Shown piece after piece: positions 34,641 to 44,230 of a stretch of 57,820 nt of DNA. Source of the DNA: a virus (taxonomy: Duplodnaviria; Caudoviricetes). Under the pieces are notes generated by a model. The model searched no databases, was not told the origin of the DNA, and worked only from the letters and a program-made list of their open reading frames with translations. The translations under genes and the position numbers were made by a program. The first letter of the stretch is position 1. Every line of letters begins with the position of its first letter. The DNA lies in the IMG/VR virus record IMGVR_UViG_3300023500_000004, positions 1 to 57,820 of that record. One strand, written 5' to 3'.

Positions 34641-36418
34641 CAGTGACAGATAGTGTATTAGAAGCCACAAGAATATTAGATAGGAAAGGCTTGGCTGACT
34701 TTATATCTGAAGAGTGGGATAAGCTCAGAGGGCAGAGATCTGGTAGAGATGCTGCATGGGCAGAAGCTAGAAACTATATATTTGCTACAGATACACGCAC
34801 CACAACAAACCAAAAACTACCTTGGAAGAACTCTACAACAATACCAAAGCTTTGTCAGATTAGAGATAATTTACATTCTAATTACATAGCAGCTGAATTC
34901 CCTAATGATAACTTCTTCAAGTGGGAAGCTTATACACAAGATGCTAATGACATCTCTAAGAAAGAAGCTGTACAAGCTTACATGAGTAATAAGCTTAGAG
35001 AGAGTGGATTTAGATCTACAGTGTCACAGCTATTAGTAGACTATATAGATTATGGAATAGCTATAGCTGATGTAGTTTGGATTAATGAAAGTAAAGAAGA
35101 CAAAGAAACTGGAGAAAAGATTCCAGGATATGTAGGCCCAAAGGCTGTACGAGTGTCACCATTAGATTGTGTATTTGATGCTACAGCTGTAGACTTTAGC
35201 CATAGCTATAAGATAACTAGAAGCATTAAACGCTTTGGTGAGTTTGAATTAGAGATGCTTCAGAATCCCACAGAGTGGATAGAGAATAGCTTACAGCTTA
35301 TTAAAGATACACGTAGTGTATTGACAGGGTTGACAGCAGAAGATTTTAGAAAGGCTGAAGCCTATTCAATAGATGGCTTTGGTTCTTTGTTTGAATACTA
35401 TGGTTCTGGTTATGTAGAGTTGTTAGAATTTGAGGGCACTTTACACGACCCTGTAACTGGTGAGCTGTTAGATGACTACATCATAACTATCGTAGATAGA
35501 AAGCATGTGGTTAGAAAAGAACCCATCCCAGCATGGAAGCGCGGTGGGTTTAAAGAGATGGCTGGGTGGCGTAAGCGTCCAGATAACCTATATGCAATGT
35601 CACCACTAGAGAATCTAGTTGGTATGCAATATCGCTTAGATCATCTACAGAACTTAGCAGCAGACATTAAAGATCTTACAGCAGCTCCACCATTAGTATT
35701 TAAAGGTGAACTACAAGAAGCTGTTAAGTGGGGGCCTTTTGCAGAGTTCCATATGGAACACGATGGTGATGTACGACCGCTGTTCACTGGTGCAGATCTA
35801 AATAGAGTTGAGAGTGAAATGGCAGCTCTTCTAAACTTAATGGAAGAACTAGCTGGTGCTCCTAAGCAAGCCGCTGGTATACGCACTCCGGGGGAGAAGA
35901 CAGCCTTTGAAGTGCAGAGTTTAGATAACGCTGCAGGTAGAATATTCCAAGAGAAAGTTACACAGTTTGAAGTAGAGATTGTAGAACCCATATTAAATAA
36001 TATGCTAGAGACTGCTGTTAGAAATATGCAAGGTAGTGACATTATTCGAGTAATGGATGATGACTTAGGTGTTACACAGTTTATAGAGATAACCAAAGAA
36101 GACATTACAGCTAAGGGTAAAATACGACCCATAGGATCTAGACACTTTGCAGCACAAGCACAGCTTGTACAAAACTTAACAGGTTTAGCTAACTCTCCTA
36201 TATGGGCTAAGATACAGAATCATATATCAGATAAGAAACTAGCTAAACTATTTGAAGACATGCTACAACTTGATAGGTTTGATTTAGTTAGTGACAATGC
36301 TGGTATTATGGATCAGATTGAAAGTCAAAGACTTGTAAACCAAGGCCAAGAAGATTTAGCAACAGAACAAGCCACACCCATAGATGGAGGGCAACCAGAT
36401 GCATCCACGCTGGGCTAA
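34637..36418 (+). CDS. Portal protein (segment A)
   Basis: 593 aa after terL; PWKNSTTIPKL and GIRTPGEKTAFEV motifs typical of VpV262/SIO1-like portals. Confidence 0.85.
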   Translation: MTVTDSVLEATRILDRKGLADFISEEWDKLRGQRSGRDAAWAEARNYIFATDTRTTTNQKLPWKNSTTIPKLCQIRDNLHSNYIAAEFPNDNFFKWEAYTQDANDISKKEAVQAYMSNKLRESGFRSTVSQLLVDYIDYGIAIADVVWINESKEDKETGEKIPGYVGPKAVRVSPLDCVFDATAVDFSHSYKITRSIKRFGEFELEMLQNPTEWIENSLQLIKDTRSVLTGLTAEDFRKAEAYSIDGFGSLFEYYGSGYVELLEFEGTLHDPVTGELLDDYIITIVDRKHVVRKEPIPAWKRGGFKEMAGWRKRPDNLYAMSPLENLVGMQYRLDHLQNLAADIKDLTAAPPLVFKGELQEAVKWGPFAEFHMEHDGDVRPLFTGADLNRVESEMAALLNLMEELAGAPKQAAGIRTPGEKTAFEVQSLDNAAGRIFQEKVTQFEVEIVEPILNNMLETAVRNMQGSDIIRVMDDDLGVTQFIEITKEDITAKGKIRPIGSRHFAAQAQLVQNLTGLANSPIWAKIQNHISDKKLAKLFEDMLQLDRFDLVSDNAGIMDQIESQRLVNQGQEDLATEQATPIDGGQPDASTLG

Positions 36419-36638
36419 AGGTAAAACAGAACAAGAAGCTAACGATATACTAGACAGCTACACTCACTCTGTTATAATTAGAGAGAGGCTTGAAGAGATT
36501 CTATCTTACAGGATAGACCAAAGTTTACGACAAATGAAAGATGCCGTAAAAGGTAATATTCAGAATCTATCTGAGTATTATGCAGAGGAACTTGCTCGAC
36601 AACAAGCTTTTGAAGAAGTAATTAAATTAATTAAATGA
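36399..36638 (+). CDS. Hypothetical protein between portal and scaffold
   Basis: GGAGG RBS before ATG 36399. Confidence 0.65.
   Translation: MHPRWAKGKTEQEANDILDSYTHSVIIRERLEEILSYRIDQSLRQMKDAVKGNIQNLSEYYAEELARQQAFEEVIKLIK
36451..36478 (+). promoter_or_regulatory. Possible internal promoter for scaffold/capsid
   Basis: TAGACA-16 bp-TATAAT with TG extension. Confidence 0.4.
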
Positions 36639-36658
36639 ATGACTAAGAGAATATAAAT

Positions 36659-37384
36659 ATGAGTGATAACCTCACTACATCAGAACAAATAATCGAGCCA
36701 GTGGCACCAGCCACAACTCCTGCTGTAGCACCAGCAGAACAAACAGTGCAGCCCACTGATCCTAATTCTTTGTTTGCTGACCAGCTACAAGCTATTAAAT
36801 CAGACGATGGACGACAAAAGTATGCTGATGTTCCAACAGCCTTAGCATCTGTTTCACATGCTCAAACTCACATAGCGGAGCAAGCTCAAAAGATTAAAGA
36901 GCTTGAAGAGACAGTGGCACAGCAGCAAGGTATGGAAGAAGTATTAGCACAACTAAAGTCACAGCAAACCCAAGCAGAATTACCCTCTACTACAGGTATT
37001 GATGAGACTACATTAGCTTCTCTACTCGATCAACGATTAGACCAGCGTGATAACGAAGCTAGGCAAAACGCTAATGCTTCCACCGTGTTAACAAAACTTA
37101 AAACTGTCTTTGGAGATAAAGCAGAACAACAGTTCACTAGTAAAGCTAATGAACTTGGTATTAGTGTACCCTATCTAAGTGATATGGCTAGACAAGCACC
37201 ACAAGCTGTCTTAGCATATTTCAATGAAACTGCTACACCACATACAGCTAATCCAACTACAACAACTGTTAATACAAACGTCTTACAAACTAAACAGCCC
37301 AATCCAGATATGTCCCATATGGATGTATTTACAGGAGGAACAAGTTCTTCTGTAACTAGTTGGAGAGAGGCAGCCAAAACTTAG
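36659..37384 (+). CDS. Capsid scaffolding protein (segment A)
   Basis: Acidic/Pro-rich N-terminus, coiled coil, directly precedes the capsid gene. Confidence 0.75.
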   Translation: MSDNLTTSEQIIEPVAPATTPAVAPAEQTVQPTDPNSLFADQLQAIKSDDGRQKYADVPTALASVSHAQTHIAEQAQKIKELEETVAQQQGMEEVLAQLKSQQTQAELPSTTGIDETTLASLLDQRLDQRDNEARQNANASTVLTKLKTVFGDKAEQQFTSKANELGISVPYLSDMARQAPQAVLAYFNETATPHTANPTTTTVNTNVLQTKQPNPDMSHMDVFTGGTSSSVTSWREAAKT

Positions 37385-37396
37385 AGGAAATAACTC

Positions 37397-38401
37397 ATGG
37401 CTCAAATTGCAGGTACACCTGGCTCAGGCCGCACCGATGGGAATTCAGATGCGTTTATTGAAGCGCAACAATATGATTCTCATATTCTAACCAACTTACA
37501 CGATGGTTTGTTACCAACTAACTTCTATCGTAATGTAGCAAGCTTTGGTTCTGGTACCACTCTTAATATTAAAACGATTGGTACAGTGACTCTACAAGAT
37601 ATTACAGAGAATGAGGATTTAACTTACAATCCTATTGACTCTGGTGTTGTTCAACTAAAGATCTCTGATTATGTAGGTGGAGCATGGTATATAACTGACG
37701 TAATACGTCAAGATGGTTCTCAAGTAGAAGCATTACATGCAGCACAAGCTACAGAGAACTCTCGCGCATTACAAGAAGTGTTTGAAACACGCTATCTAAA
37801 AACATTGAATGATGCACAAACACAAGGTGCTACAAATGATATTAATGGCTTTGCTCACCGTCTAGTTGCCTCTGGCACTAATATGACTTTATCTGAAGCA
37901 GACTTGATTGATATGTCTCTAGCTTTTGATAAAGCTAATGTACCTATGGGTGGACGCATTGCCATTGTTGATCCTGTGTCAGCAGCAGCCTTTAGTAAGC
38001 GAGCACAACTTACCACTGGTGCCGGTAATATGGATGCAGCATCTACATTAACACAAACTCTTGTTAAGGATGGCTTTGCTAAAGAGCATAAGTTTATCAC
38101 ATCTTTATATGGTTGGGATATTTGGACTTCAAATCGCCTACCAACATTAGCGGCTGGTGTTAGTATTGATGGATCAACCAATGCTCCAACAGAAGGTGGT
38201 AGCGTAAATATCTTTATGTGTATTCTAGATGATAACACTACACCAGGAATGGTAGCATGGAGACAGCCACCTAAAACAGAAACCGGTCGAGATCGTTCTA
38301 AGAAACGTGATGAGTTTGACCAAACAGCTCGTTGGGGACAAGGTGTACAGCGTTTAGATACGCTTGGTACTATCATTACCTCAGCAACAGCTACAGCGTA
38401 G
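37397..38401 (+). CDS. Major capsid protein (segment A)
   Basis: 334 aa, GAGG RBS, FDKANVP..GR..IVDP and YGWDIWTSNRLP HK97-fold-like motifs. Confidence 0.88.
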   Translation: MAQIAGTPGSGRTDGNSDAFIEAQQYDSHILTNLHDGLLPTNFYRNVASFGSGTTLNIKTIGTVTLQDITENEDLTYNPIDSGVVQLKISDYVGGAWYITDVIRQDGSQVEALHAAQATENSRALQEVFETRYLKTLNDAQTQGATNDINGFAHRLVASGTNMTLSEADLIDMSLAFDKANVPMGGRIAIVDPVSAAAFSKRAQLTTGAGNMDAASTLTQTLVKDGFAKEHKFITSLYGWDIWTSNRLPTLAAGVSIDGSTNAPTEGGSVNIFMCILDDNTTPGMVAWRQPPKTETGRDRSKKRDEFDQTARWGQGVQRLDTLGTIITSATATA

Positions 38402-38411
38402 GAGAAGACTT

Positions 38412-38900
38412 ATGAGTTATGAAAACCTAACTATGAACTTAACTTCTGGGTCTGCTTATAATCAGTATGGCCCTCGTGATACACAAGATGGAGTTATTTC
38501 TGGAGGCCATGTAGAGGCTGATGGTGTTGTACAAGAAGCTATTGTATACATTACTGGTAATGACTTTGGAAGTGGAACAGCTTTTAATACACGACTAACT
38601 ATCCCTGCGGGAAGTAAGTTTGTTGAAAGTTATGTAGAGATTACAGAAGCTTTTGCATTAGGAGGAACATCCCCTACTATTGGTGTAGGTACAGATACTT
38701 CTGAAAACACTAACTTTGCAGTTAAACTTACTCAAGCACAAGCGCAGGCTACCAATCCTGTCTATACAGGAACTGGTGGAGGGTCTTTTGCTAACCCTTT
38801 AGCGGCTGACACTGTTATTGGTGTAGCTCTTGGTGGAACCTCACCAACTGTTACAACTGTAGGTAAAGCTAAAGTAGTTATTCGTTATATTAAAATGTAG
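38412..38900 (+). CDS. Putative capsid decoration/minor head protein
   Basis: AGGAG RBS; beta-rich 162 aa between capsid gene and terminator. Confidence 0.6.
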   Translation: MSYENLTMNLTSGSAYNQYGPRDTQDGVISGGHVEADGVVQEAIVYITGNDFGSGTAFNTRLTIPAGSKFVESYVEITEAFALGGTSPTIGVGTDTSENTNFAVKLTQAQAQATNPVYTGTGGGSFANPLAADTVIGVALGGTSPTVTTVGKAKVVIRYIKM

Positions 38901-38906
38901 AATTAT

Positions 38907-38928
38907 TAGCCCCTGCGGGGGCTATTTT
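38907..38928 (+). terminator. Rho-independent terminator
   Basis: TAGCCCC-TGCG-GGGGCTA followed by TTTT. Confidence 0.75.
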
Positions 38929-38940
38929 CTTGAGGTATAA

Positions 38941-39231
38941 ATGTTACTAACCGTTGAAGACAATATAAGTGAAGAGTTTGCTTTTGAAGGGATTATCAAC
39001 TTATTAATAACTGGTGGCATAGGTAGTGTTACATTAGAACGTAAACTTATAGATTCTGACTTCTATCCCCTATCAACAGATATAAGTGGTAATATAGCTA
39101 TATTTGAATGTAATGGTGGATGTGCTTACAATGGCACTTTAGAAGAAAGAGGGCAAGGTGCTGTATATAGATTTAAAGCTGAATTAGAAAGTGGTGAAGT
39201 TTCTATAATTAAAACACGGAGTGTACGCTAA
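38941..39231 (+). CDS. Hypothetical (possible virion) protein
   Basis: GAGGT RBS, 96 aa, beta-rich. Confidence 0.6.
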   Translation: MLLTVEDNISEEFAFEGIINLLITGGIGSVTLERKLIDSDFYPLSTDISGNIAIFECNGGCAYNGTLEERGQGAVYRFKAELESGEVSIIKTRSVR

Positions 39232-39734
39232 TGTTTATATCTGGATTACCAAGTGTTAAAGAAAAAGAAGTTAATTCTTTATTAGCAGTTTTATCTGATC
39301 CAAGTAAAGCTAAGGATATGTTAAAGCAGCTTCAGAAAGAGAACGTAAAATTATTAAAACTATCTAAAGATTTAATGAAAGCTAAAAGCTTAGTTAAGTT
39401 TTGTAAAGATTATGAAGACAGAGCACAAGAAGCAAAAGAACAAGCAGAATTAGCAAACAATTCTATTATTAAAAACAAAGAAGAATCAATAGAGTTGCTT
39501 GAAAAAGAAAAAAAGTCTATGCAAAGTGTTTTAAAAAAACTAACAAAAAAAGAAAAAGAAATGCTAAAAGCAGAAAAAGAATTAGACAAAAGAAATAAAG
39601 AATTAGAAATAAAAGATAAAGCTGTACATCTTAGAGAAGTTGAAGTTAGAGAAGCTAGAGTGTCAGCATTAGAAATAAAAGATTTATATGAATATAAACT
39701 TAGTGATCTTAAACAGAGAATGAAAGGATTATGA
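39231..39734 (+). CDS. Lys/Glu-rich coiled-coil protein
   Basis: 167 aa with heptad composition. Confidence 0.6.
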   Translation: MFISGLPSVKEKEVNSLLAVLSDPSKAKDMLKQLQKENVKLLKLSKDLMKAKSLVKFCKDYEDRAQEAKEQAELANNSIIKNKEESIELLEKEKKSMQSVLKKLTKKEKEMLKAEKELDKRNKELEIKDKAVHLREVEVREARVSALEIKDLYEYKLSDLKQRMKGL

Positions 39735-40081
39735 AAAGACTAATAGCTTTTATTATATTTGCTTTCTCAATGGGCGCTTATGCCGCTGATATACAGCTAA
39801 TGTGGGAGAAGCCAACCCTCAGAGAAGATGGCACAACTATTCAGGCTATTGATGAGTACCGGCTATATGAGACGATAAACAATACTGTCATTCCTGTTTT
39901 ATCAATTCCAGCTAGTGCCGCGGATTATTCATTCGCAAACGTTATTAATGGTGTTCACACGTTTCAGATTTCAACAGTCGAGGCAGGCCAAGAGGGCACT
40001 CTTAGTGATCCGGTTAGCGTGAATGTTGAACTATCAGCGCCTGCTAAAATGAGTATAACTGTCACGGTGAATGTGCAATGA
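39731..40081 (+). CDS. Signal-peptide-bearing FN3/Ig-like protein
   Basis: MKRLIAFIIFAFSMGAYA signal; LMWEKP..REDG..I..YRLY...G.HTFQISTV..G.EG..S FN3-like pattern. Confidence 0.65.
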   Translation: MKRLIAFIIFAFSMGAYAADIQLMWEKPTLREDGTTIQAIDEYRLYETINNTVIPVLSIPASAADYSFANVINGVHTFQISTVEAGQEGTLSDPVSVNVELSAPAKMSITVTVNVQ

Positions 40082-40296
40082 AAAGTTACCCTTTACGCGT
40101 AGTCATAGCAGTTGATCAGTTTTTTAATGTGCTGTTATTAAACGGAAATGAAGATCAAACTATTAGCGGACATGTAGGCTACAAGGCGCAGATGTCTAAT
40201 GCCTACACGTGGCGCATAGCTGAAAAAATTATCAACACATTGATTTGGTTTGACCCTAATCACTGTTTTAATTCAATAGAATGGGATGAGGTATGA
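40078..40296 (+). CDS. Conserved small phage protein
   Basis: IAVDQFFN...DQTISG...I..L...D.NHC motif. Confidence 0.7.
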   Translation: MKSYPLRVVIAVDQFFNVLLLNGNEDQTISGHVGYKAQMSNAYTWRIAEKIINTLIWFDPNHCFNSIEWDEV

Positions 40297-40781
40297 TTAC
40301 ATCGAGCAGAACAACAAGCTTAACTCCCGTTAAGTCTGGAGGCTTTAGAGCAAACTATGAATATACATTAAGCGATGGCAGAAAGATAAGCAGAGGCCCA
40401 TTGAATGTAGTATCTGAGCTAGATGCCACCTCTAAACGCACATCTATGGAGCCAGCTATACTCTCATCTATACAGGTAAGCGATGCTGAAGACGCAGTGT
40501 CAAATAATATAAAAACTTCGAATAAGTTTGCATCTTTGCAGCAAGTACAACTAGCATGGCTGAGAGCAGGGTTTAACGAGGACGAGCCGTATAAGGCTTT
40601 TTCAATGATGAAAGCTATAGGAAGGTCTTTACTGTCTCTGGGGTTAACTGATGCTAAGAATGCTGAATTACTCAACTCATCTCTAGAAGATGCTGTAGCA
40701 GCTAGAATTTACTTTGAAAGTTTGGACGCTAATAGCTCGGTGTTAGAGGCTTACGAAGCGGTATCGGGAGGTCTTAAGTAA
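40293..40781 (+). CDS. Hypothetical protein
   Basis: GAGGT RBS; overlap-coupled on both sides. Confidence 0.6.
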   Translation: MITSSRTTSLTPVKSGGFRANYEYTLSDGRKISRGPLNVVSELDATSKRTSMEPAILSSIQVSDAEDAVSNNIKTSNKFASLQQVQLAWLRAGFNEDEPYKAFSMMKAIGRSLLSLGLTDAKNAELLNSSLEDAVAARIYFESLDANSSVLEAYEAVSGGLK

Positions 40782-42148
40782 TGGCATTTTACTATGTTAA
40801 ATCTGGCGGCACAGCCGCAGGCGATAATGGGAGAACAACGACAAAACGTACAGGTGCATTCGGTGCTGTAACTACTTATTACACTAGCGTTCGGGACGCA
40901 TTAACTACTCCGACTACACCCCCTGTTGCTGGCGATATAATATTGGTTTCACACCTACACAATTTTGATAATGCAGCAAGTGCTTATACGCCAGTGTTTC
41001 CTATTTCTGGTACCCCCGTTCAGGTTATATCTGTAGATGATGCAGCGCAAGATTCGTCAAAAAGTGGAGCCCTAGAACAGGCTAATAGCCTAATTAGATT
41101 TGATGGTAAAAGTTCACATTATGGCATAACTTATGACACAAGCACTAGCGTCGGCTCTAATGCTTCAAATTCATCTAGTTCTTATTTGGGTTGTACTTTT
41201 AACTTAACAACAAGTAGTGATAATCTAAACGTATCCGGAGATGGTTGTTATATGAATCTCACTGATTGCACTGTCCACAGCCTCAGCACATCGACTGGCC
41301 TTGCGTTCTCTGGTGGCGCGGTAATGGAAATTTTTGGGGGTGCGTTTACATCAAGCAGCACTGTCGCAAGTTTAATACAAAGTTCTTCAGGAAGCGGAGG
41401 AGGGGCGTTAGATATATGCGGGACAGACTTATCAGTTATAACAGGGTTTCTATTATCAAAGCATGGGTCATCACACACTACAGATGATAATTTAAATATA
41501 GTTATCAACGGATGTAAGCTTAACGCCTCGGTTGGGTTTGTAGAAGAGACCCTTGCAAACTTAGGAACAAGTATTTTAGTGACGAATTCGTCCAGTACGT
41601 CTGTTGGCGCTGAATATCAATATTATTATGAAGACTATTTCGGCTCTGCTCAAGATCAAGATGACTCAGGAATACATAGGTTTGAGTCAACTTCCTTTTC
41701 TTCAGGAACGAAAGTCAGTATCAATGCAACAACAAAATCTACTACTAGTATAGGTAGTTCTTTTACCTTAGACTTCCCTAGCATTTTTGCCAACTTAAGC
41801 AATGCGTCAACCGATACAATAAGAATATATTTTGCATCCACGACAGCCCTAACAGATAACGATGTATGGGCAGAGTTAGTTTATCCCGACGGCACAAATA
41901 AACATCTATACAATTATTTATCTAATCAGAGTGCTAACGTACTATCTGCGGGCACGATTCACACAGATGATAGTGCTAGTTCAACATGGAAGAATGGTGG
42001 GGTAGATCTAACAGGATATAATGAGTATAGAATGGACTTAGTAACTAGCGGTAATGTAGGCGCTGATAGCGTTCCTATTATTAGAATTCATGTAGCTAAA
42101 ACAAGCACTACTGTTTATTTTGATACAACTGTTGATGTAGTAGCATAA
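40781..42148 (+). CDS. Ser/Thr-rich beta-solenoid-like putative virion appendage protein
   Basis: YYVKS.G...NG start, AGDIILV motif, repetitive beta pattern. Confidence 0.55.
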   Translation: MAFYYVKSGGTAAGDNGRTTTKRTGAFGAVTTYYTSVRDALTTPTTPPVAGDIILVSHLHNFDNAASAYTPVFPISGTPVQVISVDDAAQDSSKSGALEQANSLIRFDGKSSHYGITYDTSTSVGSNASNSSSSYLGCTFNLTTSSDNLNVSGDGCYMNLTDCTVHSLSTSTGLAFSGGAVMEIFGGAFTSSSTVASLIQSSSGSGGGALDICGTDLSVITGFLLSKHGSSHTTDDNLNIVINGCKLNASVGFVEETLANLGTSILVTNSSSTSVGAEYQYYYEDYFGSAQDQDDSGIHRFESTSFSSGTKVSINATTKSTTSIGSSFTLDFPSIFANLSNASTDTIRIYFASTTALTDNDVWAELVYPDGTNKHLYNYLSNQSANVLSAGTIHTDDSASSTWKNGGVDLTGYNEYRMDLVTSGNVGADSVPIIRIHVAKTSTTVYFDTTVDVVA

Positions 42149-43170
42149 TGTCTAAGTATATTGTCGGTGGCAAAATATATGAGGACAGCAGTTCCAGTGC
42201 TGTAATTGTTGGCAGTAGAGTATTAATACAGACCGGCGGTGTCACCGCTGTATCAGCAACCCTAACCGGCACAGCAACAGCAAGCATTACAGAAACAGAC
42301 ATAGTAACGGGCGGTAAGACTGTAGTTCTTACCCTGACAGGAGACACATTCGTAACAGGTACAACTAGCGAAGATGCTATAGCAGGGGGTTCAGACTCAG
42401 ATAAAACCGGCGCTAATAAATGGGATGCACTGATAAAGACAGCGCTAGATAATACTAACGTAGTACTATCAGCAGGTAATACCGTTGCAACAATTACACT
42501 ACCAGCATTCGCAACATATGACACAGCAGAGCAAGAAGTAATAACTTGGACAATACCAGCCGCTTCGCTTACAACTAGCACAAGTGATATAGTAGCAATA
42601 CCAACTTTTACGGTTGATGTATCTGGGTTTTCATTAGTAGCTAATAGCGGGTCGTATACCTACACAGGCACATCAAATCAGCTTGAACGCGGATTAGTTA
42701 TTCTCGCGAACGTCGGCTCTTATTCTTATACCGGCACTAATAATGCCTTGTTGTTAGGCCGTGTTTTAGTTGGGCAAAGTGGGGCTTATTCATATACCGG
42801 TGACAATTCAGCTTTAGATCGAGGTTTAATATTAACAGCGGCTAGCGGTACATATACCTATAGCGGCACGACCATTAACTTTGCTCAGGGTTTTGGTTTA
42901 GTTGCTGATTCTGGTATATTTAACTTAAATGGTACGAATGCCAACTTTATAACAGATAGGATACTAACAGTATCTAGTGGTATATATTCTTATAACGGGG
43001 TCGATGTTTCGCTTGTTTTTAGTGGCACGCCTTCGCCCGTACCAGATGCTAGAGGAATATCAGTTAATTCATTATTTGGCGATGGTGTTGTGTTTAGTGC
43101 TAAGTTTGGAAGCGGTAAATCAATTAATTCATCTTTCGGGGGTGGATTTAATAGCGATGGTGATATATGA
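42148..43170 (+). CDS. Thr/Gly-rich putative structural protein with six 22-aa repeats
   Basis: G..L.A.SG.Y.Y.G......L repeats encoded at 42625-43020. Confidence 0.6.
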   Translation: MSKYIVGGKIYEDSSSSAVIVGSRVLIQTGGVTAVSATLTGTATASITETDIVTGGKTVVLTLTGDTFVTGTTSEDAIAGGSDSDKTGANKWDALIKTALDNTNVVLSAGNTVATITLPAFATYDTAEQEVITWTIPAASLTTSTSDIVAIPTFTVDVSGFSLVANSGSYTYTGTSNQLERGLVILANVGSYSYTGTNNALLLGRVLVGQSGAYSYTGDNSALDRGLILTAASGTYTYSGTTINFAQGFGLVADSGIFNLNGTNANFITDRILTVSSGIYSYNGVDVSLVFSGTPSPVPDARGISVNSLFGDGVVFSAKFGSGKSINSSFGGGFNSDGDI

Positions 43171-43484
43171 CAGATATTAATAAGGGCGAGATAGGTCAGC
43201 CTTTGCGGGTTAATTTAGGTGTTGATATTAGCACAGCAACCGAGGCGTTAATTATTTTAGAGCCTGAAATCGGTGTAGCTAAAGAGTTCACGGCAACTAT
43301 ACCAAGCTCAAGTGTTACGCTACCAGATGGTACAGTATTAAATGCTAATGAGTACGCAGAATATACGACATTGACGAGCGATGATTTAGATTATGTGGGG
43401 CGCTGGAGAATGAAGCTAAAAGCTACGTTTTCAAGTACTGATGTTAGACAAACAAATTATGTTAAATTTAGGGTATTAAATTAA
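43167..43484 (+). CDS. BppU-like Ig-fold hypothetical protein
   Basis: DIS.AT...EY.T...DLD..G.W...F.V pattern. Confidence 0.5.
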   Translation: MTDINKGEIGQPLRVNLGVDISTATEALIILEPEIGVAKEFTATIPSSSVTLPDGTVLNANEYAEYTTLTSDDLDYVGRWRMKLKATFSSTDVRQTNYVKFRVLN

Positions 43485-43496
43485 AGGTAAAAGATT

Positions 43497-43907
43497 ATGG
43501 CAACATATAACAAGTTCGACCAATTTGTAGAAGATTTGGCGCATAAAGTCCATGACATGAGCGCAGATGCTTTTACAGTTGCGTTAACAAATACTGCACC
43601 TGCGTCTACAAATACGGTTTTATCGAATATAACTGAAATATCTTATACGAATCTATCGAGCAGAGTGCTAGCATCTCCAACCACAAGCGCACAAACAAGC
43701 GGCACATTTACGCAATTATGGCCTGATTTGGTGTTGACGGCTTCGGGGGCGGTTGCTACGTTTCGCTATATTGTAATTTATAATGACACGCCAGCATCGC
43801 CATTGGATCCACTGATTGCGTGGTATGATTTTGGCTCAGCGTTGACGTTAGCCAGTGGCGAAACGCTAACAATAGATTGGACAACTTCAAGCTTCACGGT
43901 GGCATAA
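43497..43907 (+). CDS. Conserved putative structural protein
   Basis: FRYIVIYNDT...LIAWYDFG..LTLASGETLTID motif common in phage morphogenesis regions. Confidence 0.6.
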   Translation: MATYNKFDQFVEDLAHKVHDMSADAFTVALTNTAPASTNTVLSNITEISYTNLSSRVLASPTTSAQTSGTFTQLWPDLVLTASGAVATFRYIVIYNDTPASPLDPLIAWYDFGSALTLASGETLTIDWTTSSFTVA

Positions 43908-44230
43908 TGATAGAAAAACGTAAAAAAGGCGGTCAACCAGGGAATAATAATTCCGGCAAAAACAATATGGCGCGGCAAGCTTTACAGATGGCAATTGCCA
44001 GTAAGGGCGCTAAGAAAGACGTAGTTAGCAAAATGAAAGTGCTATATGAGATTTGGCGCGTTCAGGTTGAGAAAGCTATGGACGGAGATCAAGCCGCTAC
44101 CGATGCAATCATGAACAGATTAGATGGAAAACCTTTTCAATCCATACAATTAACTGGCGATGAAGATAATCCTATCGCAATAAGCAAAGTAGAGCGAGTC
44201 ATTGTCAGTCCTACAAATACCGACCGCTGA
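43907..44230 (+). CDS. terS: Terminase small subunit (segment B)
   Basis: GGQPGNNN motif; RLDGKP.Q...TG....PI C-terminus; TAATG-coupled start. Confidence 0.75.
   Translation: MIEKRKKGGQPGNNNSGKNNMARQALQMAIASKGAKKDVVSKMKVLYEIWRVQVEKAMDGDQAATDAIMNRLDGKPFQSIQLTGDEDNPIAISKVERVIVSPTNTDR

Larger units (their letters stand above)
1..39734. mobile_element. Podovirus genome segment A (RNAP-less, Zobellviridae/VpV262-SIO1-like), circularly permuted
   Basis: Two opposed gene arms; PolA, primase, DnaB-type helicase, class II RNR; terminase-portal-scaffold-capsid; T7-like internal virion genes; no RNAP or integrase recognised. Right boundary uncertain (39.7-43.9 kb). Confidence 0.75.

Noticed and set aside
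38364-38411. Capsid frameshift or read-through extension (T7 10B-like)
   Set aside because: The downstream ORF is in the +1 frame with no slippery site, has its own AGGAG RBS and ATG at 38412, and TAG read-through meets a stop within a few codons.
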